Shown here piece by piece: positions 39,240 to 52,715 of a DNA stretch of 64,000 bases. Location of the stretch: contig OX597821.1 of the NCBI GenBank assembly GCA_951406725.2, positions 3,162,001 to 3,226,000 of the forward strand, read 5' to 3'. The translations under genes and the position numbers were made by a program. The stretch is from Octopus vulgaris (lineage: Eukaryota). The notes beneath the pieces are model-generated. The model worked only from the letters and a program-made list of their open reading frames with translations, was not told the DNA's origin and made no database searches. Within the stretch, counting starts at the first letter, position 1, and the number at the start of each line of letters is the position of its first letter.

Positions 39240-39285
<46 letters not shown>

Positions 39286-39561
39286 TATATATATATGTAT
39301 GTATATATGTATGTATATATATATATATGTATATATATTGGAAATTTGTCATTGAACTATTCTTTTATCATTGAAAACACATGTGTGTATGATTCAATAC
39401 GATATAAGTCCATTTCTTGGTGTATAGATGTATGGATTTGTGTGTGTGTGTATATATATATACATATACATATATATATGTATACATATATATGTATATA
39501 TATACATACATATATATGTATACAGGTATATTAAATATATATAAATGTATATATATACATG

Positions 39562-39634
<73 letters not shown>

Positions 39635-39637
<3 letters not shown>

Positions 39638-39959
39638 ATCACACAAAAGCCGTTCGATTCACTTCAACATTTAAGGTTAATTTGTCAAAATATTTTCGTC
39701 GCTTTAATATCACGACCTGTTCACTGACAAAAATCCGTGCTGCATCTGAGAAAGTAACAGTTAGTTCGTTATATATATGTACGTATGTATGTGTGTATGT
39801 ATGTATGCACGCATGTATGCATGCATGCATACATACACACATACATACATGCAGCACGGATTTTTGTCAGTGAACAGGTCGCGGTCTTAAAGCGACGAAA
39901 ATATTTTGACAAATTAAACTTAAATGTTGAAGTGAATCGAACGGCTTTTGAGTGCTTCT
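39635..39959. repeat. ~110-bp inverted repeat (39635-39745 / 39849-39959) with ~100-bp spacer
   Basis: caaaagccgttcgattcacttcaacatttaag...cactgacaaaaatccgtgctgcat and its reverse complement. Confidence 0.96.
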
Positions 39960-40049
39960 TAAAAGGCTTACAAACACTTTCCACGCTGCAATTGTTTCCT
40001 TTCAGCACACGATCTCAGATCAAATCACTTGCTATGCAGGTACATCTCC

Positions 40050-40098
<49 letters not shown>

Positions 40099-40117
40099 AT
40101 GTGTATATATACATATA

Positions 40118-40158
<41 letters not shown>

Positions 40159-40641
40159 ATATATATATATGTGGATAGATTGATAGGTCGATAGCTAGAT
40201 GTAGAGAAAGAGAGAGAGATATATTGTGAGAGGGACACAGAGGCATGTAGCACGTACTCATGTTGTCATAAACTATATCATACATCAATTTTCGCTGGTG
40301 GACTTCGAATTGTAAAAATTTGTTTAACGTCCTTGCAAATTTATTTCCATCAAATCTACTCTGCTGTTACCATTTCATATTCATTGTACGCAGTTGACTG
40401 GATTGATGTGGATGCATTTTGCTGAGTACAGCCATGTTAGATTTATCACGGTACAGCTTCTCCGCGGAAAATGGGACACTAACAGCAATTGAAGACGCGA
40501 TGAAAGTGGTTGCAGCAGGTAAAAATCGAATATGCACACACACACACTTACACATACACATACACACATATTTCTGAGCGCGTCTAAGAGTGTGTGAATG
40601 TATACCTGTGCGTGTGTATAAATATACATATACATAAATAC

Positions 40642-40698
<57 letters not shown>

Positions 40699-40749
40699 TA
40701 TATTTATATATATATATATGTGTGTGTCTGTATGTATTCATATGTATAT

Positions 40750-40804
<55 letters not shown>

Positions 40805-40983
40805 TGCATATATACATAAATATATGTATGTATATTTATATATACATACACATATGTGTGTATGTATACCTGCATACTCGCATGCTGACTGAAAAGGGGA
40901 ATAAGTGAAATGAGTGTACGAAACAAATAGAAAGAGGAATATGTCACGTGTGAAAGAGAAGGAGAAAGAGAAGGAGAAAGAGC

Positions 40984-41018
<35 letters not shown>

Positions 41019-41576
41019 CTAAATGAAGCAGCAATGAAAGCGCGAACGTGGTAGAATGTTAGAATTGGGTGTATGAATAAAACGTATCGATTTTCTTTTA
41101 TAGCTTCTAAATAATTCAGTTTTTCTGTGTCACTGAAACTTGAAGGGTTTCATAGAACGGCGTTTCTGTTCAACTGCGGAAATTGGTAATATGGAGACAC
41201 CAGAATTTCTACAGACTCTTTGAAGGGAAGTTGTCCATGTATGATGAATGGTTTTCAATATAGCTGGGCATAGAATTATACTGGAGTAAGTTAAAGAAAA
41301 TGACAAAGAACAAACTCCTAAATATCCTTCGAAATAAGCAGAATTTAGAAAAAAGTTATAACACACCTAAATAAAAGAATAAAAATTGATGGCTCTAAAT
41401 TAATAGTTTATATTTTAAAATGTAACTATTTTGAGCAAATGTTTCCCTTAAATGTTTATGCAGTAAATCTAACCAAGTTTTGTTCATAACAGATCACATT
41501 TTCTCATATAACCGTATATTTTAATTAATTTAAGACGAAATGTTCATGAGTAAAACCGGTATGAAAATATATGCAC

Positions 41577-41579
<3 letters not shown>

Positions 41580-41641
<62 letters not shown>
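41580..41641. repeat. (TA)n microsatellite
   Basis: Direct reading. Confidence 0.99.
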
Positions 41642-41644
<3 letters not shown>

Positions 41645-41831
41645 TCTCTTGTATCATGTCTTAAATAGCTTTTTGCTTTAGCTGAATATCAATTAATGTT
41701 TCGTGGACACTTATGGAACATTCATCTCATCAGCTATTCAGAGAACGCTCAACACGAAAAGAAAATGGCGGTACAAATGATAACGCATCACATTTTGGCT
41801 GGAACACAAAGTATAAAGGAGCAAAATTTAA

Positions 41832-41869
<38 letters not shown>

Positions 41870-41871
<2 letters not shown>

Positions 41872-42231
41872 GCGCAGGCGTGGCTGTGTGGTAAGTAGCT
41901 TGTTTACCAACCACATGTTTCCGGGTTCTATCCCACTTCGTGGTACTTTGGGCAAGTGTCTTCTACTATAGCCTCGGGCCGACCAAAGCCTTCTGAGTGG
42001 ATTTGGTAGACGGAAACTGAAAGAAGCCCGTTGTATATATGTATATATGTGTGTGCGTTTGTGTGTTTGTGTGTCTGTGTTTTTCCCCCTAGTATTGCTT
42101 GACAACCGATGCTGGTGTGTTTATGTCCCCGTCACTTACTGGTACTGGGCTTACAAAGAATAAGTTCCAGGTCGAGTTGCTCGATTAAAGGCGGTGCTCC
42201 AGCATGGCCGCAGTCAAATGACTGAAACAAG

Positions 42232-42234
<3 letters not shown>
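41870..42234 (+). mobile_element. SINE family A, nearly full length, flanked by (TA)n on both sides
   Basis: aggcgcaggcgtggctgtgtggtaagtagc ... cagtcaaatgactgaaacaagta. Confidence 0.96.
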
Positions 42235-42274
<40 letters not shown>

Positions 42275-42283
42275 TCGATAGAG

Positions 42284-42327
<44 letters not shown>

Positions 42328-42701
42328 GGATAGATAGATAGATAGATATATAGGTAGATACATAGGTAGATGGATAGATAGATAGATAAAACTTACTTGG
42401 AAGAGGATGTGTGACATTCCATCATATAATAATATAAATATTATATAAATATATGCATGTATACATACATATATGTACATACCTACATCTATAAGCATAT
42501 ATACATGCATGTATGGGTGCAAGATATTTAAAAAAATGTTGAACACAATGAGAAACGAATACATAAAAACAAAACCATGGAAACGAACTTTTTTCAAACG
42601 ACGAAATCACTGAGCACAATACATACAGCACAAGGAATATTTCATTTCTTCAGTTGTCTCTGTTTCGTCTACTTTGCGTTTCGAAGGAAATATATGGTGG
42701 G

Positions 42702-42740
<39 letters not shown>

Positions 42741-43013
42741 ATGTATAAGAGTATGTTCTTACCATATAAGATAATTTACAAAAATCTGATGTGTTCCTCT
42801 ACATTTTTGCAGATAACAAATATATCCTTTATTTACAAGAATATTCTTGACAGTCACTTCAATTACTTGCCCAGCCCGGCTATCATCAGACTGCTCAGCG
42901 ATGATTTAGCTGTCGGAGATTTTGAAGTCATTGGCAAGAACAGTTATGTGTAAAAATAATATTTATCTACATATGTGTGCGTGCGTGTGTGCGCATATGT
43001 GTGAGTACTGAAA

Positions 43014-43081
<68 letters not shown>

Positions 43082-43084
<3 letters not shown>

Positions 43085-44385
43085 TGAGAAAGATGGTGTG
43101 TGCAAGAGCGCTTGGTTGAATATATAGAAAATAGTAAAAAGTGAAAAAAATATGAAGGCTTGTTTTAAAAGGTTAAAAAATATATTTGAGTCATTATGTC
43201 AGAAGAATGTTAAAAAATTTTTTCATACAGTGACATAGTTTTTGAAGAAATTACCGGTTTCGTGTTAACTTTTGAAATTTCTCAAAACATCGTGTTATAT
43301 CTTCGTTATGAAGTGCAAATACGAGTTCCAGGTAGGGGGAGGTAATAAGCGATTTCCTCCGGTATGAGGGAGATAATCGCTTCATATTTCTTTTCCATTT
43401 TATTTAATGGGGTGAAGAATGTTAGAGTAATAAGTTTGGGCTTATATTTTTCAATGAAGAATGTTTCCTTGTTTAGTCTAATTTGTGTTGGTGTTCCAAT
43501 AGCACATTGATAGAATGGAAAGATTAAAAATTGTGGTAGTAGTTGCTTTGCACATTTCTCAATATGCTCACTAAAGGGTATCATTCTGTATTCTGGGAAT
43601 GCAATCTGTTGTCGATGTAGAGTGCATCTACGTCTGAGTGATAGTCCCGTGGACTCCACGTAGTTTTGGTGGCAGCCCGAGCATCTTATGACATAAATTA
43701 TGTTTTCAGAAGCACAAGTAAAATTAGATTTGATCTTGAATTTTTGTCCCTCTTTGAAAAGGAATTCTGATCCTTCTAGAAGGTTTGGGCATGTTGCGCA
43801 GTTTGGTCTACCACATTCGTTTTACTTTTGCATCCGTAATTTCAGAAAACAATTTTGCCTTTGTGAGAATCTTTTTAAGTGATTTAGGTTGTTTGTAGCT
43901 TTTAATGATTTTATTTATGTTTAGAATTTCCTTTAATTTGGGGTCCTTATGAAGTATTGGTAAATTCTGGGTGATGATGTTGAAGGCTTCTTTGTTTCTG
44001 AGGTTGTATGTGGATATGTAAGGCAGTATTTTTGGGGAAGGTGTGTTGTGTTGAACTTTTCTCAAAGTTTCTATGTCGATTTCTGTTGCACGCCTGATCC
44101 CATCCTCTATGAGTTGAGCTGGGTAGTGTCTGTCAATTAGGGTGTTTTTGATTTCTTGTAGTCTAAGGTTCCTGATATTTTGTTCTGACACTATTGTGCA
44201 TATCCTTCTAATAAGGTTGAAAGGGGTGTTTGTTTTAGTGTGTCTTGGGTGGCATGAATCAAAAAGTAGGTATTGTTTAGCGTCTGTGCCTTTGTAAAAA
44301 ATGTCTGTTTCTATTTTAAGGTTATTTTTTTTAATTAGTATTTCTAAGAATGGAAGCTACTTTTGGTTGTATTCCATTGTGAACA
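43082..44385 (-). mobile_element. Penelope-like element, 3' part: RT thumb, linker, GIY-YIG endonuclease and 3' pseudo-LTR; 5'-truncated
   Basis: LPFLEILI..IETDIFYKGTDAKQYLLFDSCHPRHTK; CGRPNCATCP; FTCASENIIYVIRCSGCHQNY(V)ESTGLSLRRRCTLHRQQI; RLNKETFFIEKYKPKL. Confidence 0.96.
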
Positions 44386-44424
44386 AACAGCTATTTTATA
44401 ACCACAAAATTAGGGATAAAATTT

Positions 44425-44525
44425 GACAGGAACGAAATGAAAAATAAAAACATTTTACCATCTAGATTCCAATTGGTCCTGGAAACTAAGTGGTAAAATG
44501 TTTTTATTTTTCATTTCGTCCTGTC
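44425..44525. repeat. Hairpin with ~45-bp imperfect arms
   Basis: gacaggaacgaaatgaaaaataaaaacattttacca...tggtaaaatgtttttatttttcatttcgtcctgtc. Confidence 0.93.
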
Positions 44526-44527
44526 CT

Positions 44528-44733
44528 AAAGTATGAAACGTGGCTTGAAAAGACACAGTAAATTTCATGGAGCTGTGAACTATACAACCACCAAGTTTTC
44601 TTGCACTAATTGTCAAAAAACATGCAAGTCTTTAGTAGGCCGCAAAAGCCGTATTCCTGCAGCTCATCGTTGATATTCTAGGGCATAGAGACGTAAGGCA
44701 ATGGCCCTACTCGAAATCGAGTTGGCAACCATC
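44528..44733 (+). mobile_element. RTE-type LINE 3' end (C-terminal C2H2-like finger and short 3' UTR)
   Basis: RGLKRHSKFH...FSCTNCQKTCKSLVGRKSR resembles the CxxCxRxCxSxxGLxSH terminus of RTE ORFs; followed by a microsatellite tail. Confidence 0.55.
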
Positions 44734-44849
44734 ACATATATACATACATACATGCTACGTATATAGAACAGTTTGAGATGTGGTGCACGTTGACATGGTG
44801 TACACATCCTATATAATGAGAAAAGGGCAGTATTTCGCAGAAAGGTGCG

Positions 44850-45323
44850 ATCCCGTCGAAACACTTGTTGAGCAAACTCAAGCACTCTGAGCTGTCTGAC
44901 ATGATTTGGTTCTTAGACGAGAAAAACTAAAATAGAAGAGTTCCATATAATTGACAGATAGCTCTGTACCAGCACCATTAAAGTTTCCACAGTTATACAC
45001 ACCAAGTTCCCATTGCCTTTGATGGTTTTAGTGTTATTCGCCAGCAGGGACCATTTCATGTATCCTCACTTTCCCCGTAGGTTCTTACGGTCAACGAGGC
45101 AGCATACGTGGGGACAAAAGAGATGGTTGTCAACTCCTGAATAGAGAGAATAGCTAATGTACGGCCATACTCATTCCAGCAAAACTCTTTACTTAACTCT
45201 CACACAATTTGCATGATTCGGGAGTTGGTAGCAGAAAATATTCGCGATCATGTTATTCGTAGCATTTGGTGTCCTAGCTCTCCTGATGTAACTCTATGGA
45301 CAACTACGTCCGGGTAGTCAATG
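44850..45323 (+). pseudogene. Tc1/mariner DD37D (maT)-type transposase catalytic-domain relic
   Basis: LLSKLKH..MIWFLDEKN; HTKFPLPLMVL; LTVNEAAY; IANVRPYSFQQNS; ENIRDHV..IWCPSSPD(fs)NSMDNYV. Confidence 0.88.
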
Positions 45324-46194
45324 GAAGAAAAAGAAAGGGAAATAGAGAAAGGGAAAGAGAGAAAGAGAGAGGGAGTAAAGACAGAAAGAGAGACAAAGAC
45401 AGGAAGAGAGAGGAAGAGAGAGAACAAGAAGCCCACCCAAAATAACAAGAAAACGTTGATGTCTGCTACTACGGATGTTACGGTCAACGAGAATAAAGAT
45501 CAATGCAATTATTGTTTTCAAATGTATGGAGACAATAATAGCGGTTGATAAAGGTTTCATTAAATTGCCTTTTGCAACGTGAATCTATGAATATGTGCAC
45601 CAAATTCTATAAAAATATTTTAGTTCTTTTGATAAATATATTTTCCCTTAAATTTAAATTTTATCCTCAGCTGCTGCTTTCTGTATATAACAAGAAAGAC
45701 CATAAAGAGAAGGCAATAAAAAGTAGGGAAATTTTTTCGCAAATGTTATCTTAGTATATAACGCTTATCAGAAAGGGAATGTGTTTTGATGTTTCAAACG
45801 TCAACCCATTATCAGAAGAAAAATATAGCACTTTCTTCTATGTTTTACTTCTTTGTAGAACAAAACGAGATAAAGGAAAAGGGCGATGTGGAAATGAAAT
45901 TCTATAGGAGGGGTGGGAATGAGTGTCCACATATACGCAGACAATGAGTAGGTATGTGTACATATTTTTTTTTAGATTTTATGTGTGAGTGTGTAGAGAG
46001 GTGCACGAGAGTGGTAGTGTAGTGACTCTGGATAGTGGAAGTATGGGTGGTGAGTGTGCATGAGTTATCGCACACTGTGCGAGGAAAAAGTTCGAAGGAG
46101 TGTTAAAAAGGTAGGTAAGGAAAAGACAGAGGGCGTGTAAAAGAGGTGGAGGGTAGAAGTGTATGTAAGTTTCGGGTGGTAGAAAATGCAGCAA

Positions 46195-46612
46195 AGGCGG
46201 CGAGCTAGCAGAAACGTTAGCACGCCGGCCGAAATGCTTAGCAATATTTCGTTTTCCATTACGTTCTGAGTTTAAATTCTGCCGAGGTTGACTTTGCCTT
46301 TCATCCTTTCGGGGTCGATTAAATAAGAACCAGTTACGCACTAGGGTCGATATAATCGATTTAATCCGTTTGTCTGTCCTTGTTTGTCCCTTCTGTATTT
46401 AGCTCCTTGTGGCTAGTAAAGAAATACGTATTTCGCCAGCCGTTACGTTCTGAGTTCAAATATCGTCGGGGTCGAGTTTGCCATTCATCCTTTCGGGGTC
46501 GATAAATTAAGTACCAATTATGCACTGAGGTTGTTGTAATCGATGTAATCCCATTGTCTGTCCTTGTTTGTCCCCTCTATGATTAGCCCCTTCTGGGCAA
46601 TAAAGAAATAAG
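46195..46612 (+). mobile_element. SINE family B dimer (full unit plus 5'-truncated unit)
   Basis: aggcggcgagctagcagaaacgttagcacg...taaagaaata, then gtatttcg..cgttacgttctgagttcaaa...taaagaaataag. Confidence 0.94.
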
Positions 46613-46828
46613 AAAATGCAGTCACAAGGACAAATTAGAAGACCCTTTACTTAAGCATCCGAAATAAAACTGAGAAGAAAAGCACGAATTTGTGAGAGAT
46701 TTCTTAACACAATGGCAGAGAAATCAACTCAATCTATTAAAGCTAAATAAAACTTTTCTAGCTGTCTGTGGTTATATATTTCTAAACGAAATAGTTCTCA
46801 AACGTGAGCCCAGAATAAATATGAATTA

Positions 46829-46979
46829 TATGCAGGCTCTCTTACCTATATACGTTATGTTGCTCATTTTATTTTATTAAATCCGACAAAACATATGGGA
46901 ATATTTTATACTTTACAATAAATTAAATGGTATATATTGTTTTCTAACCTGTTGTTCATTGGCTAAGTTTTATCGTTTT
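46829..46979 (+). repeat. ~150-bp direct repeat, copy 1 (copy 2 at 48525-48674)
   Basis: tatgcaggctct..tatatacgt.atgttgctcattt...cgacaaaaca.atggga...ttctaacctgttgt.cattggctaa in both copies. Confidence 0.9.
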
Positions 46980-47593
46980 TGAAAGAAATAAAACTCTAGC
47001 GTGAGTCCAGAATAAATATGAATATATTGCAATAATCAACAGATACTTGGTTATAGTTGATAAGAAGACTAAGAAGCGATCTCCAGATCATGCGATTCAT
47101 GAAACGCAAAGTGAAGTCGAATTCAGTCTGTGGACAACACAAATCATCCACATGGCAACGGAAAAGATAAATTGTCATGATTTGAAAGTTCAGTATTCCA
47201 CAGAATTTGTACTTTTCTAACTAATGTTTACCGGATATAATCTATGTGAAGGCAAACAACTCAACCAGATATAACATATGAAAGACACTATATTCTACAT
47301 AGTAAAAACAAAACTATATATAAGTAAACAAACACAAACACACACAAACATATGCGCACACACTCACACACATACACATAGATACATGCATGCATATATG
47401 TATATGCGTATGTGTGTATCTATATATATATATAGAGAGAGAGAGAGAAAGAGATAGAGAGCGAGATATATATATATGAATGCATATATATATGTGAATA
47501 TATACATATATATATATATATGTATATGTGTGTGTGTATGTGTGTATATATCTATATATATCTATATATATATCTATCCATCTATCTATCTAT

Positions 47594-47651
<58 letters not shown>

Positions 47652-48096
47652 CTAGGAAGTCAATGACATAATGCATTATAATGATTATTTTGTAGTATGT
47701 CTGTAAAAATTACTGAAATTATAACATTTGTTTGTGATATATTTACTGGAGCGAAAATGACAAACATACAGAAAACGCGGCGGTTTTATGTATTTTCTTT
47801 TATTTATCTTTGTCAATAACATCCGTAGCTTCTAAACCAGTCCATATTATTTTGCTGTTATTTCCTTCCATAGCTTAAGAAGAGACGCTTCATTAATTGC
47901 TAACACAAATAACTGCATTCAGTTGATTTTTCAGCAGAGTTAAGCTATTTACATCCATGGTTTTGCTGATGCAGCATTTTTAGTGGAGTGTGTGATGCAG
48001 ACATTGTGGTACGTTTCTTTCTATAATTTTCTTTCCGTGACTCTCTCAGTATATACATATACATATGATTATATATATGTGTATATACATAGAGAT

Positions 48097-48127
<31 letters not shown>

Positions 48128-48272
48128 GAGTGATAAAGAGACATGTATCTCTCTCTCGCTCTCTCTCTCTCTATATATATATATATAGAGAGAGAGAGAG
48201 ATAAATGTATCAATATATATACATACACATACAAATACATAAATATATATATGTATATATATGTAAATACAT

Positions 48273-48313
<41 letters not shown>

Positions 48314-48417
48314 TATATAAAGATTTATATGTATATATACATACATATGTAAGTATTTGAATGCAGATATATAGAAATATATCGATGCGTCTATGCATAT
48401 ATATGTTTATTAATAAA

Positions 48418-48473
<56 letters not shown>

Positions 48474-48524
48474 GATATAATCACGCATTCACATACACAC
48501 ATACATATATATGCACACACGTTA

Positions 48525-48674
48525 TATGCAGGCTCTTATACGTATATACGTAATGTTGCTCATTTTTATTCTATTAATTTCGACAAAACAGATGGGACTA
48601 TTTTATATTTTACAATAACTTGAATCGTATATATTTTTTCTAACCTGTTGTCCATTGGCTAATTTTTCTCGTTT
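48525..48674 (+). repeat. ~150-bp direct repeat, copy 2
   Basis: See copy 1. Confidence 0.9.
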
Positions 48675-48808
48675 AATTTCCGATATCACTTTAAAAATGT
48701 TTCACAGTGTATACGAAAATATAATCTGCAGATTCCAACGGATCTCATACATACATAGCACAGATAGTAGTTAGCACATCACCCAGAAACATACCTACAT
48801 ACATAGTG

Positions 48809-48888
<80 letters not shown>

Positions 48889-49728
48889 CATATGTATGTA
48901 AATATATATTTATGAGCGTGAGTGTATGTGTGTATATATATATTTATATATGCGGCCACACACATATATGTACGTGTGTATATATATATATATATATGTA
49001 TATACAAACATACATGCGCATACACATATGTAACCGCCCGTATGCAGGTGTAACTCGTTCGAGTAGAATGAACATAGAGTTATATGAAATATAGCAGAAG
49101 CAGTTATAAATAAAAACATTGTCTTTCCGGCACCTGTATGCGTATTCCGTCTACCGTCTTTACCCTCCATTTCGCTTGGCATAATTCTCCTTTTTTTTTT
49201 TTTTTTACAAATAGTGGCCACATATTGAAATGCACTCTAACATACACGAAGATATTGTGAACAGGAAATGCAGTCGGGCGACGTATGAATTAAAAATCAC
49301 AAACAAACATCGAGTGCACGTCACTGAAGCATAGTTGCGGATGAGGTTTGAGACCGGAAACAGAATTTAAATTCAATCAGATATTAAATTTATTTGCAGC
49401 GGAAGCTTTCTTCGCCATATTGTATGCGCATTGCTTTACCTTAATTTTTTTCAAAATTTTTTTGTTTTCATTTATCCTGTTTTCAGTATTGGAATTAGAA
49501 TGGCTGAAAAAGTCAAATCTATGCATTTTATGATAGCAAATTACGGCGGCAAACGCTCACTGAGCATTATCAGAAAAGTTCTTACAGAAAATATCAGGTT
49601 GTATCATTCATATTTATATTACAACAAACTAGATGTAATTTACGCTGGATATAACAAACCTCTCAACGATACATAAATGCCCCCAACATGTATGTATGTA
49701 TGTATGTATGTATTATCTATCTATCTAT

Positions 49729-49850
<122 letters not shown>

Positions 49851-50006
49851 GTGAAATAGAAAGATGAATAATCTTGTAGTATATTAATCAAAAGTTTAAC
49901 CGATACCTTGGTAGCAAAAATCACAGCAGTAAACAGCACGGTTGGAGGTACAACCATATGGTGTTGCAACCGTGCGTTGGTGCGGATAATTGAACTTAAA
50001 ATATTT

Positions 50007-50115
50007 TTGGTGAATTGAAGAAATGGAGCTGAACGCAGATTGAACAGAAATCTGTAGAATGAAATAAAACGATTTCTGTTCAATCTGCGTTCAGTCCATT
50101 TCTTCAATTCACCAA
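50007..50115. repeat. Hairpin with ~45-bp near-perfect arms, between (TA)n tracts
   Basis: ttggtgaattgaagaaatggagctgaacgcagattgaacagaaatc / gatttctgttcaatctgcgttcagtccatttcttcaattcaccaa. Confidence 0.95.
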
Positions 50116-50121
50116 TAATAT

Positions 50122-50562
<441 letters not shown>

Positions 50563-51287
50563 GTATATATGCATATATATCTGAATATATAAAACAGAGT
50601 GTGTTGTATGAGTGGGTGCGCGTATGTTTCTTATGGGTACCAAAACTGAGTCGCCGATTTGAACGTATGCGATATGAAAAGATTCAGTTATCTTTCGGCT
50701 ACCGAATAAAGTATGTTTTTTGCGCAACAGCTCTGTTTCACTACAAAAATAGCCTAGAGGGACGCACAATTTTGAGCTCCTTAGCTAAGGGATACAACTC
50801 TGTCTGACCAATTATTTAGTTGATAATCATTTAACGTGAAGTATATTTGTTAGTGCTTTGTTTTAATTTATAGATCTCTACTTGAGTAACAATACTCGAT
50901 TCCCATCGCGTGAAATTCTGTAAACCTGTTTTTTTTTCTTTCTTTTTGGTGAAACGGTGTATTTTGAGGGAGATTTGACTGCTACTTCTCGTAGCTCAAG
51001 TTATCACTGACACACTTCTCTGTGTGTGTTTTGTTGTGGTGAAAAATTTATTTTCTCAGAATATTTTGCACAATTTTTTTTTACAGAACTATAGGCGTCT
51101 TTCTTCCTGTTAACCATTCAGGTTCAAATTACAATTCTTCATTGTTGGAAGTCAAGTAGACTGAGATGTATATGTTATCGTACATAGTGAAAGTCCAGTA
51201 CGAAGTTTTGAACTAATTTTTCTTGTAGTTAGTAATCCATTATCTTAAAATTGAAGCCAATACATTTTCAACGTTCTTTTACTGAAT

Positions 51288-51387
51288 TTGATAGCCGAAA
51301 ATTTTCGTGATCATGTTATGCGTAACATTTGGTCCCCTAGTTCTCCTGATCTAACTCTATGGACAACTACGTCCAGGTTGTCAATGA
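51288..51387 (+). pseudogene. Second DD37D transposase fragment
   Basis: AENFRDHVMRNIWSPSSPD(fs)NSMDNYV; highly similar to 45225-45323. Confidence 0.85.
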
Positions 51388-51547
51388 GATAGAAAGAAAG
51401 GGAGTACCACCTTCAAAATTTTAATAGTTCATACTGACCTCAGTACGTATTTCAATCTGGCATTTAATTTATAGATCTCTACTTGAGTAACAATACTCGA
51501 TTTAACAAGAAATGTAAAGACACACACACACACGCACACAGACATAT

Positions 51548-51700
51548 TAGGTGCAAGAATGACTGTGTGATTGAGAAGTTTGCTTCCCAACCACATGGTT
51601 TCACGTTCAGTCTTTCTGCATGGCACCTCGTTCAAGGGTTTTCTCCTATGACTCAAGGCCAACCACAGACTTGTGACTGAATTTGGTAGACGGAAACTGC
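51548..51700 (+). mobile_element. SINE family A 5' half, degenerate
   Basis: gaagtttgcttcccaaccacatggtt...gaatttggtagacggaaactg. Confidence 0.8.
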
Positions 51701-51742
51701 AGCGTTATTCATCAGAAAATCACCGAAATACATTATATAAAG

Positions 51743-51775
<33 letters not shown>

Positions 51776-51869
51776 TGTATGTATGTATGTATGTATGTAT
51801 GTATGTATGCGGGTGCCTTGCTAATCATTTATATAACAATAGATATAAATATATGTTCCCATCTAACTT

Positions 51870-51931
<62 letters not shown>

Positions 51932-52197
51932 GTGTGTGTGAGTGAGGTATATTTGCCATCTCAATATGGCTAACCACTATGGGTGGGTATTACTGTAGCT
52001 TGTAGCCACAGGAGAACATCTCCTGCTGGCTATAGGAACACTTTCTGTGCCCTATCGGTATTTGCAAAGCTAGGTCATCCTTCCCTCGTCAACCTAAGTG
52101 ATACGCATGGATTGCAGTTTCTGGGTATTGACCCGCCATCGGCGCACGACAATCACGGGTTTTCGATGAAAAGAGTCCCAATGCAAATATATATATT

Positions 52198-52655
52198 TGG
52201 CGGCGAGCTGGCAGAAACGTTAGCACGCCGGGCGAAATGCGTTGCCGTATTTCGTCTGCCGTTACGTTCTGAATTCGAATTCCGCCGAGGTTGACTTTGT
52301 CTTTCATCCTTTCGGGGTCGATAAATAAAGTACCAGTTTCGCACTGTGGTCGATGTAATTGACTTAATCCCTTTGTCTGTCCTTGTTTGTCCCCTCTATG
52401 TTTAGCCCCTTGTGGGTAGTAAAGAAATATATATATATTTGGCGGCGAGCTGGCAGAAACGTTAGCTCGCCGGGCGAAATGCGTTGCCGTATATCGTCTG
52501 CCGTTACGTTCCGATTTCAAATTCCACCGAGGTCGACTTTGCCTTTCATCCTTCCGGAGTCGATAAATTATATCAGTTACGCACTGGGGTCGATGTAATA
52601 CTAATCCCTTTGTATGTATGTATGTATCCTCTGTAACCCTTGTAGTAAAGAAATA
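52198..52655 (+). mobile_element. SINE family B tandem dimer of two well-conserved full units
   Basis: atatatatatttggcggcgagctggcagaaacgttagc precedes both units (near 52198 and 52440). Confidence 0.95.
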
Positions 52656-52675
52656 CATGTATGTATGTATGTATG

Positions 52676-52715
<40 letters not shown>

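Noticed and set aside
44590-44672. Host C2H2 zinc-finger gene exon
   Set aside because: Degenerate finger without a TGEKP linker, ending in a stop plus a short microsatellite-tailed UTR; fits an RTE LINE terminus better.
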